The position numbers and the translations under genes were made by a program. From NCBI GenBank assembly GCA_963728405.1, contig CAVSJV010000004.1, positions 222,621 through 286,620 on the forward strand: 64,000 nucleotides of DNA, given 5' to 3'. Below, in pieces: positions 57,769 to 64,000 of this stretch (position 1 is its first letter; each line of letters begins with the position of its first letter). Source of the stretch: Methanomassiliicoccaceae archaeon. GTDB lineage: Archaea > Thermoplasmatota > Thermoplasmata > Methanomassiliicoccales > Methanomassiliicoccaceae. Under the pieces are notes generated by a model that was given only the letters and a program-made list of their open reading frames with translations, was not told the origin of the DNA and did no database searches.

Positions 57769-58910
57769 TTAGTTGTCTCCATTAACATATACGTAAGCGC
57801 TGTATGTCGCTGAAGCAGCTGAGACGCCAACTCCGATACCGTTGATGAGGAACGCCACCTTCGTTATTGGGGATTTGGTCACTCCCTCAAGACCGGACCC
57901 ATGTGAATCGATCCACGAGCACGCGAACGCCGTTGATGAGACGACGAATCCCGCGACGCTTATCACCAGCCCGAGGAGCACGTTGTCGGTCGCCGAGACG
58001 GCCACGCCGAAGATGCTTATCGCTATCCCCACGATCCCTAGGGCAAGGGATATTTGTGCTGCTACTCTACCCTTCAGCATCGGATCCGCGTCCTTGACGA
58101 TGTCCGCACCGCTGGCGATCTCCCCGAACATGCCGATGCACAATCCCACGATGGCCAGGGCGAAGCCGGGGCCGTCGACCTGTGTCTCTTCGCTTTCCTC
58201 GAAGCCCATGAGAGCAGCGCTCTGTTGCTCCATTCTATATGAGCCACCACCCCCGATGACGTTCTCGATAAATGAGAATATCGCGTCCATGTTCAGCTCC
58301 GATCCGAGGCAGCTCAGCAGCGAGCCGATGAGGTCGTCGTCCGATTGCTCGCTGTCCACGTTGAGAGCGAGATCGAGCACGATCGACACCGCAATAGAGA
58401 TGGCGAAGGAAGCGAGGAACGCCATTCCCAGGGTCACAACGCTGAGGCCGGTTATCGCCACATCGATGGCGAGACTGACGCCGAACACGACCCAGAACAG
58501 AGGACCCATGATCGCGTTCCTCAAGTATCCGATGGCGGCGCTGCTCAGCGTCTCTGTCGCGTCGTACTCGTCACATAGACCCTGCACGGCCGAAGTGAAT
58601 CCAGCATAGAAGTCGTTCAACATGCCGCCGATAGCGTCGGCGATAGGGCCGAGCAGAATGTTCAGCGTGCTCGATATGAACTCGATCGCCCACTGCACGA
58701 ACGCGTTGAACGCATCGGCGATCTTGTTGACGACCGTCGTCACCGCGTTCCACAGATTGGTGACGTAGTTGATGCCGGCCTGCACCAGGCTCGACGCCAG
58801 GTTCGCCAGCGCGGTGCCTATGGCGACCAGGCAGTTCCACACGAACTCGAATATCGCCGTCGGCGACAGGTAGTGCGGCCCATCGCCGGTCGGCGACGAT
58901 ACGAGGTCGA
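57769..58910 (-). CDS. Cassette 4: variable hydrophobic C-terminal module (putative toxin CT) lacking its own start
   Basis: The frame opens at HIDLVSSPTGDGPHYLSPTAIFEFVWNCLVAIG...DAFNAFVQWAIEF and continues into a unique Gly/Ala-rich multi-helix region. Confidence 0.75.
58678..58713. repeat. 36-bp exact repeat (copies at 58678-58713, 60398-60433, 61893-61928)
   Basis: GAACTCGATCGCCCACTGCACGAACGCGTTGAACGC, which encodes AFNAFVQWAIEF on the minus strand. Confidence 0.92.
58775..58854. repeat. 80-bp exact repeat, copy A (copy B at 61990-62069)
   Basis: CCGGCCTGCACCAGGCTCGACGCCAGG...CACACGAACTCGAATAT is identical in both copies by manual comparison. Confidence 0.9.
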
Positions 58911-58992
58911 TATGCGATTATTATCGGAAGTCTCATTATTGTGTAGTGGACCTAGCACGTACCTCGGCTCGCCATATAGTAAAGAGATTGGA

Positions 58993-59661
58993 TCATTGCT
59001 GCCACTCGAATAAGTTCATTTTCATGATATCGTCGTAGTCATACTCGCCCATGATTTGACCATTGGCATATCTGGTTCCCCGGCCCATTCCCGACCCAGG
59101 GTCCTCGACCCTAATGTTCCAGCGGGTAGTGAGCACGTCAACAATATCCTTCACTGTGCTCGGAGGCTTGTAGCCCAATCCGATCTGCTTTCCCGAACGC
59201 GTAACGACTTTGATCCCTATTGGAGCGTCTTCCCAAAGGACACCACTCTTTTTCGCGAGATATTGATTACCCCAACCCCTCTGAATTTTAATTCGGTCAA
59301 CCTCTTCTCTCCGCAGGACGTTAGATTTCCCAATCAACATACGACGGAGCCTCGGCGGGACAATAATACAATCTCCATTGATTATTGTCTGTGTGCTGCC
59401 ATCGAGTTGAGCTTGATACTTATATTCTGAGTCATATAATAGAACAATACATCCCATCCACATCAATACTATTCCTATCCATACTGGGGCAAAATCCTGC
59501 TCTGTTTTTGGTAAGAAAACTAGATAGACTGAGGCGATGATGAGGGAAATAGCCATCATCCTAACAATTAACTGAACTTTTATAATCGAGCTTCTTTTGA
59601 ACTGCGTCCCCTTAAAAACATGCAGGGGAAGACGCTCTCTGTAAATGGTCGTATCATTCAT
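58993..59661 (-). CDS. Cassette 3 partner (putative immunity): 2-TM plus soluble domain
   Basis: Overlaps the upstream stop by 8 nt. Two TM helices, low GC. Confidence 0.75.
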   Translation of the reverse strand: MNDTTIYRERLPLHVFKGTQFKRSSIIKVQLIVRMMAISLIIASVYLVFLPKTEQDFAPVWIGIVLMWMGCIVLLYDSEYKYQAQLDGSTQTIINGDCIIVPPRLRRMLIGKSNVLRREEVDRIKIQRGWGNQYLAKKSGVLWEDAPIGIKVVTRSGKQIGLGYKPPSTVKDIVDVLTTRWNIRVEDPGSGMGRGTRYANGQIMGEYDYDDIMKMNLFEWQQ

Positions 59662-60520
59662 AGCTAGCCACCGTCGATGTCAGCGCAAAGATAGAGATGC
59701 CCGCGTCGATAGCCGTTACGCCTTTCATAATGCCTTTGGCAACTGGATTTTTCATCAAGGTTGAATCCAGGTCCACAAATACCTTATATGCTCCATAGGC
59801 AGCAACCCCTAGCCCAGCTATGCCAAGTATCACTGATGTTGACCAATCCGACACAAGCGCCCCCACCCATGAAAGCAGAGCACCAATAGAGCTCACGACG
59901 AACCCCATGATATCGCCTAAAGCTGTTGAAAGCATCATCATCGAAGCAATCCAACCGATCGTCCCGATCGTTGCTCCCATGATTCCTGCCATCCCTCCTA
60001 CGAGCTCAGTACCAAGGATATCTCCAATCGTCCCGACAATCTGTCCGATGACATCTATTCCACCTACGAGCGCGAACGCCGCTGTCGTCATTCCGGATAT
60101 TAGCAGATCGATGATGAACGGCGCGACCAGCATCCCGATGAAGCTGAACGGCCCGAGGAAAGACGCTGCCGTGATGACGGCGAGGAGCGCGAAGCCGATC
60201 ATGGTCAATATCTTGAAGATGTCGCTGTCGACAATATACTGGAATACAGTCAGAGAAGCAGTCCCGTTTTCCGTGCCGCCCTCGATGCTCACCGCTGCAT
60301 TGTTCATTAGAGCAACAAGCCCCATGGCCCAGCCCTCTAAGCCATCGTAGAGCGCCTGTAGCGGTTCGGCGATCAGTGCGTTAAATGCATCGCAAATGAA
60401 CTCGATCGCCCACTGCACGAACGCGTTGAACGCGTCGACGATGATGGCGACCGCCTGCCGGAGTGTTGTGAGCGCGGCGTCGGCGAGGCCGCACAGCAGA
60501 TTGATTCCCGCCTGCACAAG
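59654..60520 (-). CDS. Cassette 3: variable hydrophobic C-terminal module
   Basis: Begins LVQAGIN...DAFNAFVQWAIEF and continues into a unique hydrophobic region ending KNPVAKG... Confidence 0.75.
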   Translation of the reverse strand, partial: LVQAGINLLCGLADAALTTLRQAVAIIVDAFNAFVQWAIEFICDAFNALIAEPLQALYDGLEGWAMGLVALMNNAAVSIEGGTENGTASLTVFQYIVDSDIFKILTMIGFALLAVITAASFLGPFSFIGMLVAPFIIDLLISGMTTAAFALVGGIDVIGQIVGTIGDILGTELVGGMAGIMGATIGTIGWIASMMMLSTALGDIMGFVVSSIGALLSWVGALVSDWSTSVILGIAGLGVAAYGAYKVFVDLDSTLMKNPVAKGIMKGVTAIDAGISIFALTSTVASYE

Positions 60521-60612
60521 CGATAAGTTCAGCTGGCTTGACCGTCACCAATGGCGGCGAGGCAGCTCCATTGGAATGCAAACACTGCCCCGATGTCGAA
60601 GTCATGAATCTG

Positions 60613-61090
60613 TCAACCCTTACACCACGAAGGTTGCGGAGGATAGTGACCGATTTTCTCTAAGTATCTCTGCCTGATGAGCGATGCGATCTCGTAAGTG
60701 ACTTCCACCGGCATCCTGTCCTCTCTGAACCTAACGGTGCCACCGGTCCATCTGTCTTTTATTGATCGAGGAGGCGTGGGATCCAAGTATAGCGTCTTGA
60801 TTGAATCATATGGCCTGACCACTTTGCCCTTTAAACGGTAGCGAAGCACTATGTTGTCCCCGACCTTTATATCCAGGGGTCGGTAAACGATCTGCTTTAT
60901 TACAACGATGGTTAAGAAAACGATTCCAGCCATCATCGTCACAGCAGCAGTGAGCGAATAAAGGAGGGCGTCCTCGCCCCACCGATCGTTAGTTAGGAGG
61001 AGGAAAACTGCCACTCCGATACAAATCAATGCACCTGGGCCAAATAGGGCGATGGCGAAGAGGTCTGGTGGATTCTTCAAGGGTCGACAT
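60613..61090 (-). CDS. Cassette 2 partner (putative immunity): 2-TM plus PH-like domain
   Basis: GGAGGTG RBS then ATG at 61090 (one extra base before the ORF at 61080). Two TM helices, then RPLDIKVGDNIVLRY...EVTYEIA. Confidence 0.75.
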
Positions 61091-61097
61091 CACCTCC

Positions 61098-62306
61098 TTA
61101 TAAGTAGCTCATGTACAAAGATAGCCCAATAGCACCAATGTTCAACAACAGGACGCATCCCTCCATAATCATCTTTTTCATAGGTACATCTAGTACGAAA
61201 ATGGAATAGAGTGCCTCGAGGATATCGATAGCTAGCCCTGTGGCACCTACAACGATAGAGAGACGAGAAAGGTCTTCGTTATGCATAACAGTGCCACCGA
61301 TTGACAACGCCATGGCCATAATGCCTATTGCTAATGAGACCTTGCCGAAGCCTGCTCTGCCGCCAACTAATGAGAACGCTTGTATCTTTAAAACCCACTG
61401 CGAGACGGCAGCATCGATTACACCGAAGCCAAGGTCGCCCTGCCCCGGCTCCTCGGCTCCAACCATGCTCATGAAATTCCTGCAAGCGGACATATCGAAT
61501 TGCCCATCCTGAATGATGCCTTGCACGTCCTCGTCCTCGACTACCACTTGCTCTTGTGGAATGGAGCTAGCACTGAAGATTTGATCGAACAGCAGCCCCA
61601 TGACCATTGAACCAATCACGCCAATTAGGAAGCCGAAGATATTTGTGACAACTGTGACGGCCAGCAACGCTAACTCCAAGACAACGCTCAGTTGGAAGAA
61701 GGTATCGAATAATCCCCCGTCCAACGCCGACACTAGAATAGCAATGGTAGCAGCTGAAACGATACCAGAAGGGGAGTTCTGTTCGCTCTTGGCCAATTCT
61801 ATTGCTGCGAGCACCCCGTTGTAGTAACCTTCAAATGCGGCACTGATTGCATTGACGAAAGAACCGACCATGGCGCTCAGGATGTTCTGAACGAACTCGA
61901 TCGCCCACTGCACGAACGCGTTGAACGCGTTCACGATGACTGTAACGACCGTGGTGACCGCGTTCCAAAGATTACTGTAGTAGCTGATCCCGGCCTGCAC
62001 CAGGCTCGACGCCAGGTTCGCCAGCGCGGTGCCTATGGCGACCAGGCAGTTCCACACGAACTCGAATATGGCGGTCGGCGACAGGAAGTTCGGCGCCGCC
62101 CCGGTCGGCGACGAGTTCAGCTCAATGTACGGCAGCCGGGACATGATGTCCTTCGGCAGGTGCAGCAGATAGACGTTCGGTATCACGATGTCGTTGCCGA
62201 TCCGCTCGTTCGCCGCGTCGTGCGTTAGACGCCCTAGACCCGTTTCCGCCTCCTGCCAGCTCGCTACCGTCTTCTCGATCACGGCGGCCAGATGCTCTCG
62301 CATCAT
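61098..62306 (-). CDS. Cassette 2: variable hydrophobic C-terminal module with the longest conserved leader
   Basis: ...SSPTGAAPNFLSPTAIFEFVWNCLVAIGTALANLASSLVQAG...NAFNAFVQWAIEF, then a unique hydrophobic region. Confidence 0.75.
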   Translation of the reverse strand: MMREHLAAVIEKTVASWQEAETGLGRLTHDAANERIGNDIVIPNVYLLHLPKDIMSRLPYIELNSSPTGAAPNFLSPTAIFEFVWNCLVAIGTALANLASSLVQAGISYYSNLWNAVTTVVTVIVNAFNAFVQWAIEFVQNILSAMVGSFVNAISAAFEGYYNGVLAAIELAKSEQNSPSGIVSAATIAILVSALDGGLFDTFFQLSVVLELALLAVTVVTNIFGFLIGVIGSMVMGLLFDQIFSASSIPQEQVVVEDEDVQGIIQDGQFDMSACRNFMSMVGAEEPGQGDLGFGVIDAAVSQWVLKIQAFSLVGGRAGFGKVSLAIGIMAMALSIGGTVMHNEDLSRLSIVVGATGLAIDILEALYSIFVLDVPMKKMIMEGCVLLLNIGAIGLSLYMSYL

Positions 62307-62734
62307 GATGCATTTCCCCGACCAACATGGTGATGATTAGGTTATGATTTGATGGCCCCTACCAACGAAATATTTAATCGGTCTTCATTTCATCCTCAAT
62401 CTCAATGAGGCTACCATCGCTTATGCGGCCCCCTGACCGAACTCAGAGAGCTATGTGATGGCGAGATCAATAATATGTTATTTTACTTCCCGAATGTGGT
62501 AAACGTAGAACTGCTTCATTATTATTCCACCACCATCGGCGAGAGAACAACCATTGGGTTCGGGTAAAGAAAAAAGGATGCTTTGGCGAAGGCATCATCG
62601 TGCATGCTGGCACAATTGCACCAAGGGCATAGTAGTGGCTAATTACATTTTTTACCACTCTGGCAGCAGAGATATTCTGGCTTAATAGCCGCCTCAAGCT
62701 AAATGGTAACTCTTCTGAATGCTAATAATGTGTT

Positions 62735-63175
62735 TTATGCCCCCATACCCCTTCTTTCGCATTCGCACTTGATGGTCCGGGCTATCTCCATCGTGACAAG
62801 TATCACTCTTTTCTTTTTACTAACGAAAAGTAGGCCAGACATCCTATCGTCCCTCTCATCCTTTCTGGTCGGGATGTGCACCCTCATTATTTGGTCCCAT
62901 GGCACCGTGACGGTCCTGTTCTCGTGATAATGGAGCCTTAACCCGCTATCGTCGATTCCGACCTTTGTTGGCCGTCGAACATACTCTCGATAGTAAACTG
63001 CGAAGAAACAGTATGCGGCGGGGATGCTAAACATGATCGGAATTATCCACCCTGCCCCAGTATTGGAGAGGAGGAACATGGCAAACCCGATGATCATTAG
63101 AGCCGCGCCTACGCCGACGATCGATATACTGATATGTTTATTCGGTGGGTTATCATAAATTCTGTCTGAGCTCAT
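62735..63175 (-). CDS. Cassette 1 partner (putative immunity): 2-TM plus PH-like domain
   Basis: The ATG lies 4 nt after the upstream stop. Two TM helices, then RPTKVGIDDSGLRLHY...VPWDQI...VTMEIA. Confidence 0.75.
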   Translation of the reverse strand: MSSDRIYDNPPNKHISISIVGVGAALMIIGFAMFLLSNTGAGWIIPIMFSIPAAYCFFAVYYREYVRRPTKVGIDDSGLRLHYHENRTVTVPWDQIMRVHIPTRKDERDDRMSGLLFVSKKKRVILVTMEIARTIKCECERRGMGA

Positions 63176-63179
63176 ATAT

Positions 63180-64000
63180 TCACCATGGACAATATACCAA
63201 CGGCTCAACTGAAACAACCATGCCAACTATTCCTAATATCGTACCAACTTTTGCCATCCAATTCCAGCCGCCCGTTATGTCTCCTAAAGAGAATATCGTG
63301 GCAAATATTGAAAAGCATAACGCGCTCAATGAAAGCCAAGTTGACACGACATCATCAAATAATCCAGTATGAGAAAACGCGAAGAAGCCGACAACACAGG
63401 ATAATAATCCAAGAACGACGCCCACGACTGCATTCTTTGATAATGTCCCACTAACGGAACCGGCCGCTCCAAATATTAAGGAGAACATACTAAGGGTGAA
63501 GCTCATCACTCCCATCGTCGTATTCCACTCAGTGGACGTTAAGGTGCTTCCCTGGGCACTCTTCCCAAATTGGCTTATGCCTGACATCGTAACGATTTCA
63601 CCAGGGTCACCCTCCTGATTCACGATTTCATTGTATTTTTCTTGATCATCAGCACCTGCCTCTGTTTCGCATGTTGCACCATATGCTTGTAATCCCTGCT
63701 CAATGACCACAGCGGCAACTAGTGTGAGTGCAATTCCAATAAGGAATGAAAACACATTGAGGGTGGCAGTGATTGCCAATATCACTACTTGGAGAACAAT
63801 CGCAATCCCCAATAATATGACGAATAGTGGGCCCTGTAATACATTTGATAGGACGTTTAATGTTTCAGAGGATACCGCCCCTGACGAGCAATATTCGACT
63901 TCGGCATTTTGCCCAACCCCAACCATGCCGTAACAGAAATTGTCGATTGCTTGTTGGAAAGGCGCGATAACGGGGTTTAACATTCCATTTATTATGTCCT
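63180..64000 (-). CDS. Cassette 1: variable hydrophobic C-terminal module (5' end outside window)
   Basis: MLNPVIAPF...SGAVSSETL...GPLFVILLG aligns with cassette 4 (LNILLGPI...LSSAAI...GPLFWVVFG). The frame is open to the window edge. Confidence 0.7.
   Translation of the reverse strand, partial: DIINGMLNPVIAPFQQAIDNFCYGMVGVGQNAEVEYCSSGAVSSETLNVLSNVLQGPLFVILLGIAIVLQVVILAITATLNVFSFLIGIALTLVAAVVIEQGLQAYGATCETEAGADDQEKYNEIVNQEGDPGEIVTMSGISQFGKSAQGSTLTSTEWNTTMGVMSFTLSMFSLIFGAAGSVSGTLSKNAVVGVVLGLLSCVVGFFAFSHTGLFDDVVSTWLSLSALCFSIFATIFSLGDITGGWNWMAKVGTILGIVGMVVSVEPLVYCPW

Noticed and set aside
58678-61928. 36-bp repeats as a CRISPR array
   Set aside because: The copies are 1.5-1.7 kb apart, lie inside coding frames, and no cas genes are present.
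56652-64000. Diversity-generating retroelement (TR/VR)
   Set aside because: There is no reverse transcriptase in the window, and the repeats are exact rather than differing at adenines.

Overview
This is an archaeal chromosome segment. It is most consistent with a Thermoplasmata/Methanomassiliicoccales-type organism (inference from PolD DP2, archaeal RpoD/r-proteins/AlaRS and 23S and 5S rRNA genes that are unlinked from each other and from any 16S). Positions 1-42.6 kb are mostly core genes: SelB-like factor, heliorhodopsin, MFS transporter, peroxiredoxin, Mg2+ P-type ATPase, SOD, NOG1, polC, rps13-rps4-rps11-rpoD, alaS, NifB-like plus acetolactate synthase, stand-alone 23S rRNA, sucCD, Sua5, map, XPD and 5S rRNA. 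After the 5S gene the window becomes an accessory region with an IS5-family element (TIRs and 9-bp TSD), an ISL3 fragment, a resolvase, decayed tyrosine integrases followed by tRNA-3'-like att remnants, and an MCM-like ATPase. The last 7.4 kb (56.6-64 kb, minus strand) is the most striking part. It is a tandem array of five cassettes, each a variable hydrophobic C-terminal protein module followed by a tightly coupled small 2-TM protein. Three of the cassettes share an exact 36-bp block and two of these also share an exact 80-bp block. This architecture resembles an archaeal polymorphic toxin/immunity cassette system. Many single-base frameshifts, including one in the essential polC, suggest uncorrected long-read indel errors, so pseudogene calls need caution.
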